Part shown: positions 19,586 to 27,848 of the stretch, in pieces
How the letters are laid out: every line of letters begins with the position of its first letter
How positions within the stretch are numbered: position 1 is the stretch's first letter
DNA from: Candidatus Heimdallarchaeota archaeon
GTDB lineage: Archaea > Asgardarchaeota > Heimdallarchaeia > Heimdallarchaeales > Heimdallarchaeaceae
DNA: 32,000 bases
Direction: 5' to 3'
Assembly: GCA_030668875.1 (NCBI GenBank)
Contig: DAOVER010000006.1
Location: 60,001 to 92,000, forward strand
Notes under the pieces: model-generated
Database searches by the model: none
Seen by the model: the letters and a program-made list of their open reading frames with translations, nothing else
What the model was told of the DNA's origin: nothing
Position numbers and translations under genes: made by a program

Positions 19586-20041
19586 TTATCTTAGCAGATC
19601 AGGGTGGATTTCCAATATCTTTAATTCACCATAGATTTCAAGAAGTTTGGTGGTTACGGAATACAATCGTTGAGAGACGTTACCTTTTCTATGTAACATG
19701 TTCTCGTCTGCTAATCTTGCAAGATAAGTACTGACTGTACTCATCTTTATTCCTTCTTTAAACACTATCTCATACAACTCACAGACTTCATTAGAGGTAA
19801 ACCAATCACTCTCAGGATAATGGTTCCTAATGATACTAGCAACTCTTTCAATAATTGAAGCTCCAAGGAGTTCGGTAATAGAGTTCATCTTAATTGGTTC
19901 GCGTTCTCCTTCAGTAGCAACGGCTTCTTTTCCAGTAACTAAAGCAAGTGTTGTCTTTAAACTCTCGGTGTCTCCTGAAGGTATCCTTATGATCGTCCCA
20001 TCAGGCAGTTTAATTGTAATTTCTTTAGGCATTAGACTCAC
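19586..20041 (-). CDS. Winged-helix domain DNA-binding protein
   Basis: C-terminal WFTSNEVCELYEIVFKEGIKMSTVSTYLARLADENMLHRKG pattern. Confidence 0.65.
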   Translation of the reverse strand: MSLMPKEITIKLPDGTIIRIPSGDTESLKTTLALVTGKEAVATEGEREPIKMNSITELLGASIIERVASIIRNHYPESDWFTSNEVCELYEIVFKEGIKMSTVSTYLARLADENMLHRKGNVSQRLYSVTTKLLEIYGELKILEIHPDLLR

Positions 20042-20163
20042 TTTGTTACTTGTTATGTTTACACAGTAATTTGTATTTAAAGGTAGATATCACGTTTGTC
20101 TAGGTATAGGCCAATAAAAACATACGTATTAACAAAAAATTGTTCCGACTAAAATTTAGACAG

Positions 20164-20343
20164 ACCCCACCAGTTCCATTGGAGAGTATTATCTATATAA
20201 ATAACTGTTTTCTGTATTAAATATAGAAAGACTTATATAATCATCATTTTTCTTTTATTAGGAGGCTATGTACAATTAAAATATATTATACTTTTTTCCA
20301 TAATATGTACAATAAATATCACTTCCACAAGAAACAATGGGGA
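20164..20343. promoter_or_regulatory. Inverted pair of ORB-like boxes flanking an AT-rich segment (second origin candidate)
   Basis: 20164-20186 minus strand CTCTCCAATGGAACTGGTGGGGT; 20323-20343 plus strand TTCCACAAGAAACAATGGGGA (more degenerate); about 135 bp of very AT-rich DNA between them. Confidence 0.5.
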
Positions 20344-20396
20344 GTCTGTATACTTGTCAGTTTTTATTTAACTATACAAATGTTTAAAATCTTTTA

Positions 20397-20696
20397 ATGA
20401 CCGGAAATCTCGATACTATGGTTACTAGAGTACGTTTTTGTGCTAAGTGTGGACGTCCTGTCCAGGGTAAGGTTAATTATTGCGAAGACTGCACAGCTGA
20501 TATTACAGCGGGTACCCAAGATAGATGCTCGATCTGTGGTAAAAGTAAACTTATGTCCCCATTGACATACAATGCTAGAATCAAGAAAGTCTATTGTAAA
20601 GAATGTCTTAATGTCTTTATTGCAGGTCTTAGAGCTAAGGAGATACCTCAAAGAGAAATTAATAAAATGTTAACCAAGGATTTTGTACCACTTTAA
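20397..20696 (+). CDS. Small double zinc-ribbon protein
   Basis: Four CxxC motifs: CAKC, CEDC, CSIC, CKEC. Confidence 0.7.
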   Translation: MTGNLDTMVTRVRFCAKCGRPVQGKVNYCEDCTADITAGTQDRCSICGKSKLMSPLTYNARIKKVYCKECLNVFIAGLRAKEIPQREINKMLTKDFVPL

Positions 20697-20949
20697 TGGT
20701 CATTAAAACCTCAGAATCTATCACTATTTAATTTCCTTTTCTATTCTTCTTTTCCCTTTACAATAAGAAACCAATAGATTAGATCAAATCACTTCAGTTG
20801 CTCTATGAAAAAAGATGATTAGATAAGAACGGTAAACCAAAAGAAGAAGAAATCAGGAAACTTGGAATTAATTAATTTAAAAGAATATATAAATTAAAAT
20901 AAACGTGAACACAATTAATTCTTCAGAACAGTAAATAGGAGTAAATAGG

Positions 20950-22667
20950 TTATGTCAGTCTCACATATCCTTCTCTTAATGAATAAATCTCTCCATTACT
21001 TCGAAGTTGTTCTATAACTTTTTCAACAAAGTATTCTTCGATATTATTCTCTTTGGCAATCTCTTTGATTTTCCTTAAAGGCACTATGTCGACACATCCT
21101 TTTCGAGATTCCTCTTTTATGATTAAATAGATTAACTCAAATTTTGCCTTCCAATTCTCCCCCCCTAATCCTAACAGCTGTGATTCTATTGTTTTTTTAT
21201 ATCCTATTTTCTTTAACGCATCAATTACAAACCATCTTACCTTCTCATCCTCATCTTTCAGACCTTAAATAAGAATTTTCATTACCAGTTTACTTCCTTT
21301 GTTCCCTAATATTCTGGCAGCTTTTACTTGTAACCAGCTACTCTCATCTTTCAATATTTCAATTAGTTGTTCATCTGTTTTTCCATCCCCTTTGTCCCCA
21401 AGCACAATTGCTACTCCTTTCCTTACAATCTTATTTTCTTCTTTTAGTGCATCAATGAGAATGAGTATTACTTGTTTGTCTTTTATTAATTCTAATACCT
21501 CTACTGCTGCTCTCCTTACTTCCATATTGTCATCTTTTAGAGCTTTAATGAACAGACTAACACCTCTAACTCCGATGAATTTGGCTATTCTATATGGCGT
21601 GTCTCTTGCTCCTCTATTTGCAATCTCGTTTTTATCTTTTAACACTTCAAAAAGCAGATCACAAACTCGTTCATTTCCTTCTCTCCAACCTATATCACTT
21701 AAGGAATACTTAGCTGCATTTCTCACATTCTCAAATGAATCTTTAAGAGCTTCAATCAATGGTTCTGCTCCTAATAAGTCTCCTATCTCCCCTAACGCTT
21801 TTGCAGCAACATGCCTTATGCTTTCATCGTCATCTTCTAGTACTTTTAAAAGTGGTTCAATAACATTTGTACCGCCAATTTTTCCTAATGCAATTACAAT
21901 CTCCTTTTTTACCCGCAGGTACTGCTCATCTTTTAGTACTTCAATGAGTGGTTTTACAGCCTTTTCATGTCTTATATGTCCTAATGCTAACACTGCATAA
22001 CTTCTTATCCTTACATCTTCATCTTTCAGTGCTTCTATTAGTTGAGGGATTGCTCTTTCTCCTAAATCCAAATCTTTTATATAAGAAATTTCCATATTCT
22101 GATAATAATAATTTGCTTGCTTTCCAATCAATTCTAATGTTTTTGCTGCTTTAACCCTTACTTCCTGTGTTACGTCTTTGAGTGATTTTCTGATATATGG
22201 TAACGCTTGTAAATCGCTAATATTCCCTAGCGCTTCTATTGCAATTAGTCTAATAACCTTATCTTGCGCTTCTAATGCATCAAATAATGCATTCATCACA
22301 CGTTGATCGTTGAATTTTTTTAATACTGTAGAAGCATTTTCCCTTACCATCTCATCTTCGTCTCCTAACATATTAAATAAGGGTTCTATAATTTGAGAAC
22401 CACCAATATTACCCAATGATTCTACTACAGCTCTTCTTACATCCGAATCTTTATTTTTTAGCATTTCGATGAGCACAGAAAGCGATTTTTTTTCAAGCCT
22501 TCTCCTTCACCCTCCCAGTATTTATCTTGAAATTCCTCTTCCAGTTTGATGAATTCAGGATCTTTAGATTCTTGTGACAATTTGGATAGATTGAACTTTT
22601 GTTCCTTCTCTTTTCTAACTTCACTCTTCTTTTGAGTATCAGGTTCAAGCTGATCTTTCCAATCCAT
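20950..22667 (-). pseudogene. HEAT-repeat (PBS lyase-like) protein with C-terminal MCM-type winged helix, broken by a frameshift at an A8 run and an in-frame TAA
   Basis: HEAT repeats (L.D.D..VR..A..ALG.IG) in 21265-22476. ORF 22458-22667 joins by one extra A at the T8 tract 22486-22493. After TAA 21265-21267 the frame continues GLKDEDEKVRWFVIDALKKIG (another HEAT repeat) for 104 codons to TAA at 20950-20952. Confidence 0.7.
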
Positions 22668-22714
22668 TACCTAGGAAAGAACAATTGAATATAAAAATAC
22701 AATCTTATGAATAC

Positions 22715-22785
22715 ATTATTTTCACTTAAAGACCTAGTGGACTATGTTACCATTTTTTACAAACCTTTTCTACTTACATAAATTG
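22715..22785. repeat. Degenerate copy of the ABC permease 3' end and flank (direct repeat of 24945-25014)
   Basis: 24 bp perfect core AAGACCTAGTGGACTATGTTACCA at 22729-22752 and 24958-24981. The copy translates as IYVSRKGL*KMVT* versus IYASRKGLEKVVT*. Confidence 0.85.
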
Positions 22786-22956
22786 GCTTTAGATCTTTAT
22801 TTTACGTTTTTTATTACATGAATCATACTTGTTTTTCTTATTCTGAGTTGTTTGTGTAAGAATTCCCTTCAAATACAGTTTTTCTGTCAACTTCTTTCCT
22901 TGTGTCTTTTAGTAGTTTGTTAATACTCTAAGTATGAATTTAACAAGTGATGAATC

Positions 22957-23025
22957 ATGATAAAACAAAAATATGATTCTGAACCAGGTGATGATGATAT
23001 AGGACCTCCTTTATGGTGGCCATAA
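22957..23025 (+). CDS. Micro-peptide 3 (22 aa): MIKQKYDSEPGDDDIGPPLWWP
   Basis: Manual translation; AGTGAT before the ATG; TGTCA 67 nt upstream; convergent with TPR paralog 2. Confidence 0.78.
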   Translation: MIKQKYDSEPGDDDIGPPLWWP

Positions 23026-23061
23026 TTAAATATCATAATTTCTTCTTTTTGTAAGTACTTA

Positions 23062-24636
23062 TTACTTAGATTGAAGCACATCCGTTCGTTGCACATCTAA
23101 ATAGTCTAACAATTTATTTTCTAATCTGCTGAAACCATAATTCCTGCATTTTTTGATGGCCATGTATTGGAGAGCAGGTCCTAGAGGATCACCATTCTTG
23201 AAAGCACCAACCTGGATAAAAGCTTCCATGAAAACACGCAATTCGAGAACTTCTATCCGATGAAGTTGATTCTGATATTTTATTAAGATAGGATAAATCT
23301 CTAAATATCTTTTTTCAATAAATAGCTCATTTACAAGGCATAAATCAGAAAAAGCCTTTTCAACAAATGTAAAATCTTTAAGTTTAGGTTTTTTACTGAG
23401 TGCATCTTTGAATAATTCTATCCTTTTTTCTTTATTTGTTTGAGTTTTTGTTAGGACATATTCTATGATGTGTTGAATTCGATATATACTTGAATTGTTT
23501 GATTCTTTTAACTTTACAAGCTGTTTATAGTTTAACTCTGCATTCAATATAAATTCGCTTAAAAGGATAGAATCACTGTAATTATTTTCAATTCCTTCAT
23601 ATATCAGTTTTATAAGAAGTTGAACTTTTTTTGAACTAAAACCATATAGTCGTGAATAAACATAGAATTTGACTAAATTTAGCGTATGAGGAACTTGTTT
23701 TCTGCTATAAGGATCCAAATTTTTTCTTATAAAATCATCCTCAATTAATTCTTCAATCTTCTTAATATGTTCAATAGACTGCTCCAGTTTACCCTGTAAT
23801 GCTTGAACAATAGTTAAATGAGATAACAGTCTAACATAGTAATAGGAATAATAACCACTCAGTTGTAGTTTTGAATTCATTAACAGATAGGATTCATTAA
23901 ACAGATATTCTGATTGTCTCAAATTATGAATCAATAGTTGACCAACCCCAGCAAGATAATAAGCTATAGCTTGAACATCTTCTGGTAACTGTGTAAAGAG
24001 ATATTTGTTGCTGAAGATCTGTTGAGAGATCTTTATTGCTTTTTTCTTATTTTGTGTTTGTTGATAGATTATAATTAAAATGCCTAAAGATTGTATCAAA
24101 CTTCTATAATATCCTTCTTTAAAGAAATAATTTGAGCACTCTTCTAAAATTGAACCACTTTTGATATTATGATCTTCTAACCAATATTCAATTGCTAATG
24201 AGTAGTTACAGATATAATGGGCATATTTTTCGGGATTAGGGTTCTTCTTAATATGATTTATTGATTCCTCAAGCGCTTTCCTGCTTTTTTCTTTGTTACC
24301 TTGTATTTTTTCAATGTACCATTCAATATTATAAGAAAGAGCTAACCCCTCAGAATACTCAATCTCAATAGATAATTCTTTCATTTCTTGAACTATTTTA
24401 AATATTTCAGGAATTTTATCGAATAAGTGTTCAATCTGAGATATTTTGATTTCATAAGTTTTTACTAAAGATTTTTTATCATTAAGTAATCTGCATTTTT
24501 CTATTATTTTTTCTAGTAACCTAATATTATTCATGTCATATTTACTATTGGAGATTATAACCCTTAATTTATCAAGAAAGCTCTCCATATCTTTTCTTGA
24601 TATAATTTTATCTAATTTTGTAATCAGGTTTTCCAT
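23062..24636 (-). CDS. TPR-like helical-repeat protein, paralog 2
   Basis: Amphipathic helical repeats (AYYLAGVGQLLIHNLRQSEYLF; SHLTIVQALQGKLEQS) and the shared C-terminal GDPLGPALQYMAIKKCR. ATG at 24636; GTG at 24651 is an alternative start. Confidence 0.8.
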   Translation of the reverse strand: MENLITKLDKIISRKDMESFLDKLRVIISNSKYDMNNIRLLEKIIEKCRLLNDKKSLVKTYEIKISQIEHLFDKIPEIFKIVQEMKELSIEIEYSEGLALSYNIEWYIEKIQGNKEKSRKALEESINHIKKNPNPEKYAHYICNYSLAIEYWLEDHNIKSGSILEECSNYFFKEGYYRSLIQSLGILIIIYQQTQNKKKAIKISQQIFSNKYLFTQLPEDVQAIAYYLAGVGQLLIHNLRQSEYLFNESYLLMNSKLQLSGYYSYYYVRLLSHLTIVQALQGKLEQSIEHIKKIEELIEDDFIRKNLDPYSRKQVPHTLNLVKFYVYSRLYGFSSKKVQLLIKLIYEGIENNYSDSILLSEFILNAELNYKQLVKLKESNNSSIYRIQHIIEYVLTKTQTNKEKRIELFKDALSKKPKLKDFTFVEKAFSDLCLVNELFIEKRYLEIYPILIKYQNQLHRIEVLELRVFMEAFIQVGAFKNGDPLGPALQYMAIKKCRNYGFSRLENKLLDYLDVQRTDVLQSK

Positions 24637-24767
24637 GGAATTAATCACCAAAGGTTAAAGAAACTTATATTTTAAACACTATAAACAATTCTAAAAAAAT
24701 TGCATTTAAATTGCATGTTTTACTCTAATTATATAATATTTTTAAAATAAAATAAAGAAAGAAACCC

Positions 24768-24833
24768 TTAAGGTCTCCATAAGGGTGGTCCTATGTCATC
24801 ATCACCTGGTTCAGGATCATATATTTGTTTCAT
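24768..24833 (-). CDS. Micro-peptide 4 (21 aa): MKQIYDPEPGDDDIGPPLWRP
   Basis: Manual translation; AGTGAT before the ATG; TGTCA 65 nt upstream. Confidence 0.78.
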   Translation of the reverse strand: MKQIYDPEPGDDDIGPPLWRP

Positions 24834-24944
24834 ATTGCATCACTTAAGTTGTTTACATTATTGTATAAGGAGAATATTTAAACCTCAAAAGAAAGAAATG
24901 ACACTAAAAAAATAACGAGTTTAGATTGTTGAAATTTCAATAAA

Positions 24945-25014
24945 ATTATTTTCCTTTAAGACCTAGTGGACTATGTTACCACTTTTTCTAACCCTTTTCT
25001 ACTTGCATAGATTG
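24945..25014. repeat. Direct repeat partner of 22715-22785, overlapping the permease stop codon
   Basis: Manual alignment, about 70 bp with a 24 bp perfect core. Confidence 0.85.
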
Positions 25015-26782
25015 AGGTTGTTGTTGCTATTAGTATGAATCCTACTATTACTGATATAATTATTACTGGAAAGTTCGATAATACTGCATAAGGTACAAGA
25101 AAATATCTACCTATTATTGCTCCGAAATAGCTTCCTAAAGCTATACCTGGGATGATTTGCAGAAGTATTGCCGTCACTACTGATCCGTATATGCTTTTCT
25201 TTTTTATTCCTAGCCTATACAGTAGTTCGAAATCCTTTCTATACGTTAGGAAATACAGGAACGAATATACTATTATTTGGAATGCAAATATCGCGAACAT
25301 TATTCCTCCTAACACCTTAAACATAGTTGTAAAACTGTTATAATTCGCTAGATTTTGCTCGATCATTTTTTCCATGCTTATTATTTGATATTCATATCTT
25401 TCAAGAATCTCGCTTATTTTATCGTAAACTGTAGTACTTATATTTTCTAACATTAGTAAATTAGAACCATTAGCCACACCCTCTGCTATTAGTTTATTCA
25501 GTGGGCAATAAACACTGTATCCTGCTGCGAAACTATCTATCACTACACCACTAATTTGGTAATCATTTGAATCATCGTACAGTTTTAATTTTTGTAGAGT
25601 GCTATTATCAAAAAACTTAGCTTCTAAAGTATCACCTATTAAAACTTCATTTTTTGAAGGATTTGGGTTGTCCCCTGCTATATATTCATTTTCGTTGAAA
25701 TTAATATTTTCATATCCTATTATGGTAGCGTATACTTTACGATCTTGACCTATTGGTATGTACACATTATTCACTATTTCAAGCGCTGACATCTCTTTTA
25801 TTTGCAGTTTTGAAATGAAATACTTCTGATACGTTACGTTTATCCCTCCTAATTCAGTTAATAGTTGAGTTGATATTGAAGTATTATAGAAATGTTCTAG
25901 GTCATTATCTAATCCTGTGTACGAGCTATTACTATATTCCTGTACTGGTAAGCTCTGATTAAAGAAATCAATTGCATCTGGCTCTCCTATAACGTACGAG
26001 TAATCTTGAAATCTACTATTCAAATTTACATAATGTGTTTCAGCAACTGTTAGTGGTCCCAAAACGAATGAAATTGAGGAGAAAATAAGAAAGAAGCTAA
26101 ATAGAAAGCTAGACAGTACTTTTCCTGATCTTAGGAAATTCTTTACACCTAGCTTTACGGATGAAGTAAACTTGTTTATTAATGCATCAAATTCAAAGAT
26201 GCTTTTGTAGTTACTTAAACTGCTGGAAGATACTTCAAAGTCTTTTTCACTGATGAATTTTAATATTGTATAATGGGCTTTAATATAAGAAGAAACCAAT
26301 ATTACCAGATTCCCTCCTAGTATTGGGAGAAACCCTACATAGCTAAAGATGCTCCCAAACCCAAAAGAAACACTTGTTATAACTAAAACAATTAATCCTA
26401 GAACCATTCCTAGAATCAACATTATAGTTGCTGTCAAAATTTGATTGAAGATAAAATAGCTGTATATCCACCTACTTTTTCCTCCTACATTTTTCATAAC
26501 AGCGATGTCATCTTTTTGACTTTGAAATTTAAGCTCTATTGATCTGATAGTGACAATTACTCCAATTATTATACAAACCACAATGAAAATTACTGTAATC
26601 AACGTGTAGGAACTGAAGAAAACATAATCCAGTGACATTTGGAGATTAGCTCTCATTAGTGAGAATAAACCTATACTGATTGTAATAGCTGAGTAGGTTA
26701 TTATTTGGCTAATAAAGGTAAATAGTGAGCCTAGGAACGATCTTTTAAAATCAATCCATGCAAATTTCAGTTGTCCTATCAT
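24971..26782 (-). CDS. ABC transporter permease, FtsX/MacB/LolC-like
   Basis: Two clusters of hydrophobic helices flanking a large soluble domain; FtsX-like motifs KDDIAVMKNVGG and RKDFELLYRLGI; follows the ATPase gene. Confidence 0.85.
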   Translation of the reverse strand: MIGQLKFAWIDFKRSFLGSLFTFISQIITYSAITISIGLFSLMRANLQMSLDYVFFSSYTLITVIFIVVCIIIGVIVTIRSIELKFQSQKDDIAVMKNVGGKSRWIYSYFIFNQILTATIMLILGMVLGLIVLVITSVSFGFGSIFSYVGFLPILGGNLVILVSSYIKAHYTILKFISEKDFEVSSSSLSNYKSIFEFDALINKFTSSVKLGVKNFLRSGKVLSSFLFSFFLIFSSISFVLGPLTVAETHYVNLNSRFQDYSYVIGEPDAIDFFNQSLPVQEYSNSSYTGLDNDLEHFYNTSISTQLLTELGGINVTYQKYFISKLQIKEMSALEIVNNVYIPIGQDRKVYATIIGYENINFNENEYIAGDNPNPSKNEVLIGDTLEAKFFDNSTLQKLKLYDDSNDYQISGVVIDSFAAGYSVYCPLNKLIAEGVANGSNLLMLENISTTVYDKISEILERYEYQIISMEKMIEQNLANYNSFTTMFKVLGGIMFAIFAFQIIVYSFLYFLTYRKDFELLYRLGIKKKSIYGSVVTAILLQIIPGIALGSYFGAIIGRYFLVPYAVLSNFPVIIISVIVGFILIATTTSIYASRKGLEKVVT

Positions 26783-26801
26783 ATCTATCCCACTAACGTT
26801 A

Positions 26802-27650
26802 CTAGTTTTCCTGTTCTTCTTCTATGAAGTCTAGCTCTTCTTCTGTCATGTTCATTAATTCTTCCTCTGTATAATCATCAATAGGTTCAGTTTCTTCGTT
26901 TTGCATCTCCATAGAACTGATAGATCTATACTTAGTATCTTGTTTCTTTTTTCTTTCAGGATGTTCTTCTTCAAGTGTTACAGATTGTGCTCCTACACGA
27001 TATATTGTCGATGCTATTTCCTTCATTTTGGGGTCATGTGATGATACAATAATAGTTATGTCTGTTGTTGTAAATATTTCTTTAATTAATTCGCACATCA
27101 TATCAGCTGATTCACGATCTAAATTACCTGTGGGTTCGTCTAATATTAGGATGTAAGGGTCATTAGACAATGCTCTTGCTATTGCCACACGTTTCTTTTC
27201 TCCCCCACTTAACTGTGCTGGAAAACTATCTTTCCTTTTATCTATCTTCAATCTCTCTAATAATTCGTCTATCTTTTTTTCTCTTTCTTCCTCCTCTCCA
27301 TCAAAACCACATAATTCCTGGAAGAGGATTATATTTTCTTTTACAGTAAGTGTAGAGACCAAATTATTTTCTTGAAAAACAATTCCAAGATAATTTGAGC
27401 GAAAATCAGCTTTTTCTCTATCTTCTATTAGATCTATGTACAATCCAGCTACTTCTATTTCCCCCTCATTTGGGTGCAAAAGCCCAGTTAATATGTTTAA
27501 TAGAGTTGTTTTTCCACTTCCACTTGGACCATACAATAATACCAATTCATTTCTTTCTACCTCTAAATTTACTTCTTTAAGTATAACTAATTCCTCCCAG
27601 AATAATTGAAATTTCTTTGATATATTGGCAAAACGCACGATTTGTTCCAT
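26802..27650 (-). CDS. ABC transporter ATP-binding protein, LolD/MacB-like, with an acidic C-terminal tail
   Basis: GPSGSGKT, VFQ Q-loop, LSGGEKKRVAIARAL, ILDEPTGNLD, VSSHD. Confidence 0.93.
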   Translation of the reverse strand: MEQIVRFANISKKFQLFWEELVILKEVNLEVERNELVLLYGPSGSGKTTLLNILTGLLHPNEGEIEVAGLYIDLIEDREKADFRSNYLGIVFQENNLVSTLTVKENIILFQELCGFDGEEEEREKKIDELLERLKIDKRKDSFPAQLSGGEKKRVAIARALSNDPYILILDEPTGNLDRESADMMCELIKEIFTTTDITIIVSSHDPKMKEIASTIYRVGAQSVTLEEEHPERKKKQDTKYRSISSMEMQNEETEPIDDYTEEELMNMTEEELDFIEEEQEN

Positions 27651-27733
27651 CTTAATCCCACACACAATTAAGTGGTAATAAGTATTTATCTGTTTTATTA
27701 TTTCTCTGTTCTGGGTAATAGAGTATAATAGTA

Positions 27734-27779
27734 AAAATATAGGTAGCGAAGTTTCGAAATGAGATTATCATTCAAGGGT
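27734..27779. repeat. 46 bp direct repeat, left flank of the TPR paralog 3 unit (partner 29718-29763)
   Basis: AAAATAT(A/G)GGTAGCGAAGTTTCGA(A/G)ATGAGATTATCATTCAAGGGT, 2 mismatches. Confidence 0.9.
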
Positions 27780-27848
27780 TCTATACCGACGAAGAAATTA
27801 AGAGACATCTAAAAGACTTACATGAACATGATTACCCTCTTTAGAGCT

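Noticed and set aside
20140-20172. CCCCACCA resembling a tRNA 3' end
   Set aside because: No T-loop, anticodon arm or cloverleaf upstream; the C-run is better explained as an ORB G-string on the other strand.
18669-21267. Two in-frame TAA stops in neighbouring genes as evidence for stop-codon recoding
   Set aside because: TAA terminates clear housekeeping genes in this window (rps10, cdc6, EF-2 paralog), so decay or base-call error is simpler.
17539-23256. TPR 3' repeat as a diversity-generating retroelement TR/VR pair
   Set aside because: No reverse transcriptase in the window, only two (synonymous) differences, and both copies lie in coding 3' ends.
27743-27844. Open frame through the 46 bp repeat (VAKFRNEIIIQGFYTDEEIKRHL...)
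   Set aside because: No start codon (preceded by TAG), and the second copy diverges immediately after the repeat; at most a gene remnant.
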